This document shows, piece after piece, positions 50,260 to 62,103 of a DNA stretch of 64,000 bases. The notes under the pieces were generated by a model, which was not told the origin of the DNA, searched no databases, and saw only the letters and a program-made list of their open reading frames with translations. How positions within the stretch are numbered: the stretch's first letter is position 1; each line of letters opens with the position of its first letter. This DNA is from Eukaryota sp. GEM-RC1 (taxonomy: Eukaryota). A program made the translations under genes and the position numbers. The stretch is from NCBI GenBank assembly GCA_040285855.1, contig JAUFOQ010000001.1, forward strand, positions 1,736,001 to 1,800,000, in the 5' to 3' direction.

Positions 50260-50720
50260 AAAAACATGATGCTGTAAGAGACCAAATACATGTTGTGTTC
50301 AAGTATTAGAAAATTGAATCATTTGTTGAACCACTTCTAAAAGCTTTAGAGTTAAATAATTGAAATGACGAAAAATAGAACCAAGTTTCTGGTAAACGTA
50401 AAGCAAATATTGTTATGGTTGAATAGTATCGTATTTACTGTTTTAAAACAATTCACCTAATCACTTCCAAAGCTTTTCTAGCCTTGAGTTTTATGTTCAG
50501 GACATATACATTTGTATACACTGAGATATACACTAAGTAACAATTCTATATACAGTTCATACACACATACAACAACAAATACAGGTATATAAATTACTTA
50601 ATTCAGCAAAAGTCTAATCATAAGCCACAACACGTTTAACAGTCTAACTGAACGTCCAGTGCTATAAAGCAGAATATCCACATCAATGACTCAACCTCCA
50701 CTTCAGAATCTCTACTCCAC
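50260..50720. mobile_element. CRE-like non-LTR fragments
   Basis: 50260-50395 matches 7730-7860 (HDAVRDQIH..FVEPLL); 50505-50645 matches 13420-13560. Confidence 0.7.
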
Positions 50721-51658
50721 AATAATCTCAAAAACCTACTAAAATTGACAAAGAATAGCGTTTTTCTGAAACTGAAAATGTCAGCATTGTAGAGTGTCAG
50801 GAACAGATGCAAATTCATGTTCCTAAAAAAAACAACTTGGACAAGTAGTAATGAACTGAAAACTAAAAAATCAAAAAACTAACGAACAACTCTGTATTGT
50901 TTGTATATTATTTCTATTACTTAATACAATTTCTTTTCTTTATATACAGTTGTTTTGTTTGTATTCTTTTGCAGGGCTACTCCGAGTCTCTGACACGGTC
51001 TCACTTTTAACTTCACAATAAAGAATATTAGCCTAAAGACACCAGTTTCTCAATATCAAACAACTAAATTGAACAACTGTACTTACGACAAAAGATTAAC
51101 AATTTGATGACGATTTTAAAATTGAAAATTGAAAACAATAATTCAGAAGATAGTTTATTTTTACGTGCTGCTTAATCAAGCTTTGGACAAAAAGACTGTG
51201 TTTGATAAGCAATCAGCATTACCACGTGTTCTTCTTGTTCTACATGAGAAAATAGAAATTCAAGTATCCTTTACATCCTTCACATTCTTGTTTCACGTCT
51301 GACTGCTATAACTAACGACAATCAGCATTTGTCAATAAAAATACTGCATTGTATACACAGATCTATTTACAAGGAAGTACTACATTTCGTCTAATCGCTC
51401 CACTGATTTCAATCGAGTGTTAGAATAAATACTTTTCAAATTGACGTATCTGCGCGTAAGTTTTGAAGCACCCAGTAGGATTTCCATGGTGTTCGTAGTA
51501 ACTACATTCTTCAAATCAGAGAGAAATTTTGAAAAGCAAATGCATTCTCAGCATTCTTGTAATGTGCCACCAACATATGATTATACAACATATTTTCCTC
51601 GCCAAACCAACATTGTTTCCAATGCTCCTAGTTCCGGGGAAGAAATGCCCTGAAACTA

Positions 51659-53741
51659 CAGTATTCAGTGTATTTAGTCTGGATAAAGAATTAGTCTGGA
51701 CTTAAATTAGTCTGGACCATACTAATTTATATTTTGATCTCTTTCAAAAGATGGATTTTTTACAACAATTAGTCTGGATAGCACAATTAATTGTTTAACA
51801 TACTACACAACAAAGATATTAGACATATAAGTACTACACTCTTCAGTAGCTGGTTGTGATTTCATTCAATTTCTTCACCCAATGTATGGTTCTCCAATTT
51901 TACAATCTTTCGCAAATGCAAGAGAGTCTCAAGCACCTCGTGTCTTTCTTGTACAAGACTCATCAGACGATGACCTTCCTGAAATCCCTATCGACCAGCA
52001 ACTCTCTCCCGAAAATGAACCTGAAAGACGTCGCCAGCGCCGCTGTCAAAACGTAGTTACACTTGCTGATAGAAAGAAGGTACTGGACTGGATGGAAACT
52101 TTTGTTCAGGAACATGATACTGAAACAGGACTGTTTGCGTCCACAGCACGCAAGTTTTCGCAATACTTCGGCGCTACAAGTTACAAAGCTAATGTAGAAA
52201 AGGCATCCAACTGGTGGAAGACCAGAGACACTTTCTGTCTTAAGTATTCAGAACTGACCAAAAGTGTTTCGTCACTGCAAAATGGTGTTAAAAGGACTAT
52301 CCGTCGAAAAAGTTTCAATGGTAGAGGGCGACAAAGGTCCGATTGGGTTGTGTGGCTCTACGATATCCTTATTGATGAATTTCGGCGTTTGACTCGAGCT
52401 GGACTAAATGTTTCGAACTCTTTATTATTGGAAATGGCTCAACACCTACTCTACCATTCTGATCATCCTATTTTCATTGCAACTTACGTTTGTCCAAGAG
52501 ATAAGAAGCAGCAACCAATCGTTGAAAAGATCACAACATCATGGATACAAGCATTTACAGTTTACTTCAATTTAGTGATTCGAAAGCAGACTGGTAAATT
52601 GAGTATCTCTCCTAGTAAAACAGCAGAAATCGAGCGTGAAGTTGCCTTTCACTTGGGGAAACTCAAACGCTTATTTGACAGTGGGGACTTAAACGAATAC
52701 CTGGTGGAAAATTTTGATGAAACACATTTCATTTTGAATGTCGACTCTGGGTATACTTTAGCTCAAAGAGGTCAGAAAGAAATTAAGTATGCAGATGTTG
52801 TATCTGGTACGGTGGGATTTACTATGGTCGTCAGGTTAACAGGAGGAGCTCAAGGTAAGTTGACACCAATCTTTATTATTTTTCAGAATGCGAGTTCGTC
52901 GTATCCAATTCGTGATGTTGATGATGATATGCCTTTAGTTGGATACCGTTCATCAAAGAAGGGATGGATGACAAGAAAGTTGCTATCACAGTACTTTTCG
53001 AATCGTAAGGTATACAAGCGAGATCGTTATAACCGGCAGAAAATCATTTTTTGTGACAACGCTCCATGTCATATGAAGAACACTGAAGTAGATGAAGCAC
53101 TTAACTCTTTGAAAGCGAAACTCGTATACCTTCCAAAAAATGCAACTCATCTAGTCCAACCTGCTGACAGTTTTGTCATTCAAAAACTAAAAACAGTTTG
53201 GCTCAGGAAATGGAACAAGAAAAAGAAAGACATGATAGAAAGTGGACTATGGGCATCAAGTGGAAAGTTACAGAATCCAGGAAAGCACTACTCTTTGGAA
53301 TTGGCAGAAGAGACTTTGAGAGAAGTAAACGACCAAAGAGATAAAAACGGATTAACGTATGCTCGTAAAGCAATGATTCTTTGTGGATTGTCGTTAAACA
53401 CAAACGGATTATGGGAAACGAGACAGTTGAAACCAGAGCTGCAAGCAATCATAGCTAGGTATCCAGAAGAGTTTGACGGAAGGTTGCCAGACACTGTTTC
53501 TGACAGTGATTGGGTTTAGGGTAGATATAGTTGTATGTTTCATAGTGTATCTGATACTACAAGTTGTAAAAAGTTGATCCAGATTAATTCTTTTTCACTT
53601 AATATAGTCTGGTCCAGATTAATTCTTTTTTATATTTAATAGTCTGGACTTAAATTAGTCTGGACCAGACTAATTAAAGTTTTGAGCTATAAATATCACA
53701 CTAGAAATTAGTCTGGTTCAGACTAAATACACTGAATACTG
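51659..53741 (+). mobile_element. Intact pogo/Tigger-like DNA transposon
   Basis: Perfect 23-bp TIRs CAGTATTCAGTGTATTTAGTCTG; TA on both sides; uninterrupted transposase. Confidence 0.96.
51882..53519 (+). CDS. pogo-family DDD transposase
   Basis: NFDETHF, KGWMT, FCDNAPCH, YLPKNATHLVQPAD motifs. Confidence 0.95.
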   Translation: MYGSPILQSFANARESQAPRVFLVQDSSDDDLPEIPIDQQLSPENEPERRRQRRCQNVVTLADRKKVLDWMETFVQEHDTETGLFASTARKFSQYFGATSYKANVEKASNWWKTRDTFCLKYSELTKSVSSLQNGVKRTIRRKSFNGRGRQRSDWVVWLYDILIDEFRRLTRAGLNVSNSLLLEMAQHLLYHSDHPIFIATYVCPRDKKQQPIVEKITTSWIQAFTVYFNLVIRKQTGKLSISPSKTAEIEREVAFHLGKLKRLFDSGDLNEYLVENFDETHFILNVDSGYTLAQRGQKEIKYADVVSGTVGFTMVVRLTGGAQGKLTPIFIIFQNASSSYPIRDVDDDMPLVGYRSSKKGWMTRKLLSQYFSNRKVYKRDRYNRQKIIFCDNAPCHMKNTEVDEALNSLKAKLVYLPKNATHLVQPADSFVIQKLKTVWLRKWNKKKKDMIESGLWASSGKLQNPGKHYSLELAEETLREVNDQRDKNGLTYARKAMILCGLSLNTNGLWETRQLKPELQAIIARYPEEFDGRLPDTVSDSDWV

Positions 53742-55567
53742 TAACTTTTGCTCCAAAGATACACCAATAGAGTTCGACTTAAAACTCCCGAAATTCTTAA
53801 ACAACCCTTATCCTGGATCGGATACTTATACCGTTTCCAACCTCCTCCCTATTACTTCCACCACCTTAAACTCTAGCAAAATCTCTTCATACAAGCTCTC
53901 TAGCGACATCGTCTCTGTTCCTGAGGAAGTAACCTCCCCGTTGAGGCGAAAAAGGACGTTAGCTACAGCTACGGACAACCTCACGCTTTGAACTCAGTTC
54001 TTAGCAATGGCGCGAACGATCGAAGCATGAGAACCTGGATGCGGAGACTATGTTCAGAACTTCTTCCCCTCCGCACTCTAACTTGATGAAACTTATGACA
54101 AAAGATCACTTTCTTCAACTCGAGATCTTGATGAAAACACTCTCAAGGTCATCGCTTGCCGAAGTTGAAAACAGATTAGATGGACCGCCCTTGTAGAATT
54201 TTCGAAGAGTCGCCGTCTGATGAAGAACATGTCTTGCCTATTGTTGTACCTCCTGTTGCCGCACCTGTTGGAGCTGTCTCCGGGTTGCTGAATGCTTGCC
54301 TCGAAGCTAGAGATCTCTTTTCTCCTCCTAGATCTCCTCCCATTGTTCATCGTTGATATTAAATTGATTGCACAATTGGCAAGATCATCTTATCTTCATC
54401 TTATTATAAATACAAAAATAAACATTGTTAATCAGTGTTGAGAATTCTGTGTGGGGAAATTCCTTCCCCACTGAATAGAACTACAGAGGAATAATAACAC
54501 TAGGAAAAATATATAAGATGACAGAAACACGTTCATCCGAATACAACAGCCAACAGGGTCTTCAAAGCTCGGCGGCTACGACTTGAAAACGAAATGTATA
54601 GGGACTGGTAACAACAAAGATGGATTAACACTAGTAGTTATGGCAAGCACGAAGTTCTATTAGAAGGCATTTACCTCGAAAGGGATGCTTGCCGGTAAGA
54701 GAACTAGCTACTGCATCCATGTTGGAAATCACAGTCATACTACCACTACCTCAGATTAGTTAATAAAGTCATCATACTGAAAGAGACATCTTGATACAGA
54801 TGTTGAAGCTGTGAAAATATTGAACAAATGCAAGTTACTAGCCTTCTTAAGGATATAGGTCAAAATTCAAGGAGATACCTCACGAATCTTGGTGACTCAA
54901 CAGGATTTCTGTTGTGACTGAGCAACACGTCATGTTTCAGGTATATATGTATGATGTATTCAGTACTGGGAAACAAGTACATGTACATGTTCTTTTATAT
55001 AAAACAACTTGAAGCTTCTTAGATTTAGTCCTTTTGTGTTTCTCTTATTCAGGACATTGCTTCCACTTCTATTCTGCTTGTACTATGCACCACTTTCTTT
55101 CACAATCTTGATGTTGCTTTGAGAAGAACCCTCCCCATGTACTCTTTCAACAAACACCATCTTAGACCCACTCAAACAATACACCACGTAGAGAAGTTTC
55201 TTCGACTCAATTATGTCTTCCCTGGTGAATTCAACTCATCCCATGGTTCTCTAGTAAGTGATAATGTCAAATACCGAAGGTTGTCAGTATTCTAAGAAAT
55301 TTACCGATTCAATTCTATGGACCTTCTTCAACGAGAAGCAGAATGGTGAAAAGTTGAACCAGTTCTCCAAGATAAAAGAGGGTTGAAGTTCTTGTTGAAG
55401 CAAATTTCTTTCTCCACATCATAATACTGGTTTCAGTACAATTTATACACAAATATATATAATGAAGTAAAACATGGATACTGTGATTTTCACATGAGAT
55501 CCTTAATTCACATTTTCACTCTCAATTTTGGACCCAATTTTTTCCTTCTTTCGTTTAGTGTTTCCAC

Positions 55568-56439
55568 CATAGATGGGAAATACAGAATACATGTATTCTG
55601 TGTATTTTGTATTTGTATTTGTATTTGTATTAATACCAAGCCCTTATTTGTATTATTTGTTTGGTATTTTTAGTATCAGTATTTAGTCTTATTTATTCCA
55701 ATTATTTGCATATTCAATGCAGATTCATGTGACAAAAATACTGCTTGAGTACCAAATACATTGTTGCTTCTGCAAAGGTACGTACAATTGTAGTATGAAG
55801 TTGTGTGTGTACAGTAAATTCTAATTCATCAATTATGTTATGACTTCTACTGACTCAAAGAAACTTGTCTCCTCTCCCACTATGTTGTTTACATCTCAGC
55901 TGCCCGGATATTAGCGCAACAAGGTAATCTCTGACAACCTAATATAGAATAGGTGCTCGTTGAAATGGAGAGTCAAGGGGCATGGTATTTATTTCTCTTC
56001 AATTTTTCTGAAAAATAAGGGGAGAAACTTCATCTTTGGCTTGATTAAATGCAATTGTTTACAAACACCAACTGTAATCACATCAGAGACCTTAGAAGTT
56101 GAATCTACCAGTAGATGAAGCTGTATACTTTTAGTTCATAATTATCTTGAGTGCTCACCCACTCTCTATCATAGTATTTGGTTTTTGTTGAGTTTCTATA
56201 GTATAGAACCAAAGTTTAACTACTTGTGGCGTGAAAACGATGAAACGCAGAAAGTTTTTCGTACTACCACTTCATATTATAGTTGATTATTTGATATGGT
56301 CTTATCAAAGTAACACATATGTTTCCACCTGAAATACAATTGAAATACTCACGTGATAGAAATAGTGTATTTGTATTCGTTGTATTTGTATTTGTATTTG
56401 TATTAATACAGAGGCATGAAGTTGTATTTCACATCTATG
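55568..56439. mobile_element. hAT-type MITE
   Basis: TIR CATAGATG(G/T)GAAATAC; perfect 8-bp TSD GTTTCCAC; GTATTT arrays at both ends. Confidence 0.9.
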
Positions 56440-56599
56440 GTTTCCACAACACTTTTCATTGGATGACCATAAACAACACGTTTGTGTCTTTTATAGTTCT
56501 CTACACAGACTATATCCTTGCTTGCGGATGCTCTTGCTTCCTTTCTTCGTCTTGATTCAACCTTTTGTTGAAATGAAATGCCACAAACTGTGACAGATC

Positions 56600-57240
56600 A
56601 TCTTTTACACTCCTTCCCAGTCACTGGGTTGGTCTTTGCATCGAATCATACGTTGATTTTATTTCATCAGAACGACTCTGAAATTGTGAAAGTCTTCTCA
56701 TGCTTCATCTATCTTTTTGTATCGTCACCATCTTCTCTGCTAAGTTGTACTTTATGGACATCATTTGGTTTGTAGATACTGAAATGTAAGGATCTTTTAT
56801 GAGAGAACACGGGTGTGCAGGATCTGATAACTGTGTAGAACTATTTAGCGTCACTGTAGGATACGTTTCTGTATCATTTGTTTCATAAAGAATACAGTTT
56901 TTGCTTATGTTTTTCTGGTCCACTGTCTTTTTATGAACAAGGTAGCGATGAGGTGACACGCTTTTATTGAGATAAGTCTGAACTACTTTGGAGATTTCGT
57001 GTAGGAACAGAAGAGGTTTCTGGGAAAGAACATTCTCAATAAAATCACCGTCATAATTACTGAGAATACAACAGGAGTCCTGAGGATGTACTAGTTTGGG
57101 GTTAAAGAGATCTTTGATCCATCTACTGATAGTTGTTTGGTGAAACCAGAATACTTGAGAAATTTCGGACTGAGAGCGTTCAAGAAAAAAGTATGTATGT
57201 AACTCTGGTCCGAACTCTGGTATCGGAAGTGGTGTGATAA
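56600..57240 (-). mobile_element. Possible Tc1/IS630-type transposase relic
   Basis: HTH-like RSQSEISQVFWFHQTTISRWIK near 57115-57180; remainder broken. Confidence 0.3.
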
Positions 57241-58039
57241 CGGAGTTTTGTCAAGTCAGTTATGGCAACATCATCCAGACGCCGAACTCCTCCTGTTCAC
57301 TGTGAACAAGTAAAAGATCAGATTTATAGGGCATATCAGCTGGACAAAAATGAAAGACTAGAAATTGGGAATCAGGACAAAAATGGAGTGAAAATTCTTG
57401 ATAAGCAGTGAAATCAAGACAAAGGAACAATTAGAAACCCATGCTGAATTAATTACTGAAATTTTCGGAATATTAAACAATAGAAGTCCAATTGGTGCTG
57501 AATTGGAAAATGTTATTAAGCACCCGAAATAAAATCCACAGTATGTTCCTAAATTTAATCTCTGCATCGTTTTAAAAAATTGAAAACCATACAATGTCAT
57601 CATTTGAGAAGTTCAATCGCCAACAATGTGAGTGATCAGAAAATGAATCAAAATATGTCGAACACAGACAAGCCATGGTACACATGAAAAATATCTGGCC
57701 AAACAAAAATAGAACATGGAAATCAAGCAAGTCGAAACTCAACCACAAACCTGCTACTGTACTGTACCATCTTCCTTGAAAGACCTCTTCAATCAAATCC
57801 TTTTCCCTTTTTGGTCATGTTGCATCATTGAGTAACATCGTGAACGCAACACAATCCTCACAATTTGAACAAGTCTGCTGAACCATGAGTTGTCCTTTTG
57901 TTGGATGCTTCAGTCTTGATGGTTGTCTTCTACTACTTTGTATCACTTCCGTTGATGATCTTGCATTTCTTCCTCCATTCATCTTACTTTCACTCTAACA
58001 CAATGCTCAACACTCTATCATCGCCGAAACTAAAATCAA

Positions 58040-58530
58040 ATCTGGGGACATCGTTCTCCCCTCTTTTCTCAGTGTATATACTTGAACCGTTTGTCTATCA
58101 TATATCCTCAAATCACCAATGATAGTTACTTCATTCTTCGTGACTTCGATGTCGTTCCTCCCGCTGCCTGAACTAACATCGAACTAACGCTAAACCAAGA
58201 TGGAGAAGTTGGTGACGGAACAACATCAGTCATGATCCTCGCTTCTGAACTCCTTGCCTACGCTAAACCTCTCTTCAACAGTCACGCCACCATCATCGTT
58301 GAAGACTACAACAAGCTTGTCTCCATTGCTTTCGCCGTACTTACTTACATGAAACAACAAGAAGGAGGTTTCAAACTTTGTCAAGTCTACTCTTGGTAGT
58401 ATGTTTGTCTTGGTCTCGAACTCATGTATATTCCTCCAGTTGACGTTGTTTCCACCCTAACTCAGACTATTTATGATTAAACTAAGGAAATTGACTTTAA
58501 GGAGTTTGTTAGGGAAAGTATTAAGTGAAG
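58040..58530 (+). pseudogene. CCT/TCP-1 chaperonin (gamma-like) pseudogene fragment
   Basis: TND..ILRD, QDGEVGDGTTSVMILASELL and KEIDFKEFVR, with in-frame stops. Confidence 0.75.
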
Positions 58531-58785
58531 ATTACCTCAACTTTGATATCATCCACCTTCAAATGAAGCGAATACTTGAGAATCATCGAGTTGTTTATTT
58601 ATGCTACTATTTGTATATTTGTTAAATTATCGTTCAGTTCTGACATCCAATCACGATAGTGAAAGCAACTTTCTTTATTGATTTAGCTTCCTTTAGTATG
58701 TAGCGAGGACACTTGTTGCGTTATTTAAGGTAAGTGTATTGAGTATTCACCAAATCTTTTTTTAAATCTAAATATGATTAGCTGT

Positions 58786-59307
58786 TCAAACCGGGATTCT
58801 ATCATGGTTTAACATGAAGGTTAGTTTTTTTCTACTTTTTATTAATAATAATATTTCACAATATATGATTTCTATAGGTAAATCCAAATAAATATCCAAA
58901 CTATAAGTGGTCCTATCAAAATTTTTATAAAAATCATTTACTTTTACAATATATGATAAACGATTATCGAATCTAATATTAACTTTATAATCACCTGCCA
59001 TAGTGTTAACATAAAATTCATGAGTATAAAGATAGGAATATAATGCACAATATTTTGGATAATCCCATGGAGTTTTCCAAAATAAACCATGTAAAAATTT
59101 TATCTTTAAATCAATTGGAATGATGGGATTATCTATAGTTTCTTTTATTATACAACAATACAATAATCCATTATCATCAATTGGTTGATCATGATATAAT
59201 GAGTTATATGCAGCAAAAATCGTAATTCCAGAAACATTTACATTTCTAATCTTTATATATTTTGGTAATCCTGTAATTAAATAAAATAAATATTCTGGAT
59301 ACGACAT
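58786..59307 (-). CDS. Hypothetical protein (virus-like region)
   Basis: Open frame from MSYPEY; shared upstream motif. Confidence 0.65.
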   Translation of the reverse strand: MSYPEYLFYLITGLPKYIKIRNVNVSGITIFAAYNSLYHDQPIDDNGLLYCCIIKETIDNPIIPIDLKIKFLHGLFWKTPWDYPKYCALYSYLYTHEFYVNTMAGDYKVNIRFDNRLSYIVKVNDFYKNFDRTTYSLDIYLDLPIEIIYCEILLLIKSRKKLTFMLNHDRIPV

Positions 59308-59324
59308 TACTAAAAAAATAAAAA

Positions 59325-59969
59325 TCATTTTTTATAAAATCTATTAAAAACACAATGTCCATTATAATTATTTTCACCACGTGGAGTATAACCTAAACTT
59401 TTCAACTTCTTTATATAGGTCCACATATTTCCTAAATCAGATTTCATAAACACGACATCTCCATCATGTTCACCAATTCCAACAACAAATCCACGAATAT
59501 TCTTCAATGTAAAATGTTTAAACTTTGTGCCGTATATTAAATATTCATGGAAATCATGCTCATCTCGATTATTAGTTCCATCCTCAAGAATAGGCAAATC
59601 AGAAATTACTGTGAATTTGATTTCATTTGCAAAATCGTATTTGGAAAATCCTTGAGCATACATTTGCCAAGGTTCTGTTGACTTGAATTCAACTTCCTGA
59701 TAAAACTGTTTGTAATCATTATCCCATACTTTTTTGGTTTTTGTTTTGAATGTTAGATCAATGTGGTTTTGATATCTCTTTAGAAATGATTCTTTGAATT
59801 TTTCCTTAACGAATTCTTTGAATTGTTCCTTATCATATTCTTCATATTTCTTCTTTAGTCCTTCTCCGAATATACACTCAAGAGTACCCTCATCCAAATC
59901 TTTCTCAATTTCTTCAATTTGGATATCAATGGTATCTTCAATTTGTTTATCCAGAGATTCGTTTGTCAT
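59325..59969 (-). CDS. Hypothetical protein (virus-like region)
   Basis: Likely start MTNESLDK, which avoids overlap with the next ORF. Confidence 0.7.
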   Translation of the reverse strand: MTNESLDKQIEDTIDIQIEEIEKDLDEGTLECIFGEGLKKKYEEYDKEQFKEFVKEKFKESFLKRYQNHIDLTFKTKTKKVWDNDYKQFYQEVEFKSTEPWQMYAQGFSKYDFANEIKFTVISDLPILEDGTNNRDEHDFHEYLIYGTKFKHFTLKNIRGFVVGIGEHDGDVVFMKSDLGNMWTYIKKLKSLGYTPRGENNYNGHCVFNRFYKK

Positions 59970-60000
59970 TTTACATAAAAAAATAATCACTTTTTTTTTG

Positions 60001-60552
60001 TTAATATTCGTCATCACTTTCAAATTGAATAGTAAATTTAGTTCCATCCTTTTTATTGGATTGAAGTAATCGATCATCCATTTCAGGAACATGTCGTGCA
60101 ACGATATCAGTATCTCTAATCATGATGTATCCATCAGTATATTCAATATATCTACCATCATCATTTAAACCTCCCCAAGTAATAAAATCTCTTCCTAACT
60201 CAGTTTTTCCCGTTCGATTAAAGTAATGTCCAGTTTCAAGATTTTGGAAATAATCAAAACCATCATTATAATGATAAATCCATATAAATCTATTACTACC
60301 AGTATCTTCTTTTACTAATGGCATGAATCTAGGATCACCATATGTAGTGGTAACATGTGTTGGTGATTGTTTTATTGCATATCCGGATTTTGTAATAAAT
60401 TTAAACTTTTTACCATCATCAGCTTCAGTGAATTTATGATAATATGTTTGTGGACCAGGAGGTTTATTATTTCGTAATAATAAAAATATTAATAATCCTC
60501 CTATTAATAAAGCTCCTATTATTCCTGCTATTATTTTTTGTTTCTTATTCAT
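60001..60552 (-). CDS. N-terminally membrane-anchored protein with beta-rich domain
   Basis: IIAGIIGALLIGGLLIFLLL TM segment; WIYHYND..YFQNLETGHYF. Confidence 0.75.
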   Translation of the reverse strand: MNKKQKIIAGIIGALLIGGLLIFLLLRNNKPPGPQTYYHKFTEADDGKKFKFITKSGYAIKQSPTHVTTTYGDPRFMPLVKEDTGSNRFIWIYHYNDGFDYFQNLETGHYFNRTGKTELGRDFITWGGLNDDGRYIEYTDGYIMIRDTDIVARHVPEMDDRLLQSNKKDGTKFTIQFESDDEY

Positions 60553-60603
60553 TTTATTATATTGTTTTTAGTTGATTTTTAAAAAAAAATATTTTTTTGA
60601 AAT

Positions 60604-60792
60604 TTAATTAAGTACCCGATCAAGTACAGGTAGATGATGTTCCAAACTACGCCTGGCCCATATGTGAGTTGGATGATCTTTTGTGAATTTAGCACACACT
60701 TTTTCTAATTCATTAATAAAGTCAATATAGATTCTATCCACTCCTTCTACACCATAATTATCATCAGATTCGTATTCATGTTCAACAACCAT
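60604..60792 (-). CDS. Small hypothetical protein (virus-like region)
   Basis: 62-aa ORF with the shared upstream motif. Confidence 0.5.
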   Translation of the reverse strand: MVVEHEYESDDNYGVEGVDRIYIDFINELEKVCAKFTKDHPTHIWARRSLEHHLPVLDRVLN

Positions 60793-62080
60793 TTTTTATT
60801 ATTAATAATCATTTTTTTCATTATTGAATTTTCATTCGAGATTTTCTGTAAGAGCTCATGAATATTGAATGATTCTATTCCTAATATCAGAATCACTATC
60901 GTCAAATTTCTAAAAAATAAAAATTTAATATTCATTCTTTTCAAGATTTCTAAAACTTCACTATAAGAATACTTTCTACATAATCCTACTAATTTTGCAT
61001 GACTTAATTCATTCAAATTGAAATCAATTACAACATTATCTAATTCATACATTAATTTCAAAATATTTTCTACATCATCCTTGGTAGCATAATCCATTTT
61101 CAAATCAATATCAATTCTACCTGGTCTTCTTAATGCTGGGTCAATCTTCTCTGGATGATTAGTTGTCATTATCAAGATTCTTCCGTCACCTTCTATTAAT
61201 CCATCAATTGCATTTAACAATCCGCTCATATCAATCTTCTTTGGTCTTTTATCATCTTCTTTAGCCTCAATCTTTCTTTCCATACAATCAACATCTTCGA
61301 ATACAATAAAGCTATCTAACTGAAATCTCGCTTTGACATGTGATTCGAGAGTATCAAAATTCAAAAGTGTTACATTTTTCATTGTTAATTTTGCCAATGC
61401 TTTAATGAAAGAGGTCTTTCCCGTTCCAGGAGGTCCATGAAGTAATATTCCAAGAGTATGAGGAATTCCTCTTTTGGCATACCATTCTTTGTTATTAAGA
61501 AAGAAATTAATTTGTTTTAAAACAGATTCTTTTCCTTTGAAAAAACGATTATTAAAATTGGTGTTTGTTGTTAATATAGGATCTTCAAAATCACTATAAA
61601 AATCTCTCAACCTCACCTCATTTAAACTTTGTTCATATAAACTATATTCGTTCTGTATGTCTTTAATCCATAATTCAATATCATATACATTTTTCGTATA
61701 TGAAGATATTGTAATGACATTTTTATTGTAACACCATCATCATTTGCTTCCTCACTATAAGTAGCAGACATATAAATGTCATCAGCAATTTTGATCATTT
61801 TTAAATCATTAAAATATAGACAATGTCTATGTATCATATTTACGTTTATATCTGGGTTGTATTTTTTCAAATAATATTTCAAAGATCGACTAACAACATC
61901 CTTATTAATATAAGTTACATTATTCAATGTTTTTCTTTTCATTAATTTTGGAATCAATTCTCGTTTGGAATAAATGAAATTAACAATCATTATCCCCAAC
62001 ATTATACAAATCTGGAAATTGTCTTGTTTATCGAATAATGATTTAAAGGCCATTATTTTGTAAAACCATTCATTGTCCAT
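60747..62080 (-). CDS. BCS1-like AAA+ ATPase with N-terminal TM segment (3' end uncertain)
   Basis: WYAKRGIP..ILLHGPPGTGKTS, VFEDVD, SGLLNAIDG, MTTNHPEKIDPALRRPGRID; N-terminal ORF joins through an indel near 61722. Confidence 0.88.
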
Positions 62081-62103
62081 TGTAAAAAAATAAATATCTT
62101 TTA

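Noticed and set aside
51670..53730. CRISPR-like array of palindromic repeats
   Set aside because: Irregular spacing, confined to transposon subtermini, no cas genes, eukaryotic context
53745..55430. Broken minus-strand frames, possibly gag-like, and a GTGGGGAA..TTCCCCAC hairpin near 54450
   Set aside because: No diagnostic motif, LTR pair or PBS could be supported
60850..60935. Possible spliceosomal acceptor (TTTTTTAG) near the AAA ATPase 3' end
   Set aside because: No GT donor at the host's ~30-nt spacing; likely AT-rich spacer plus an indel
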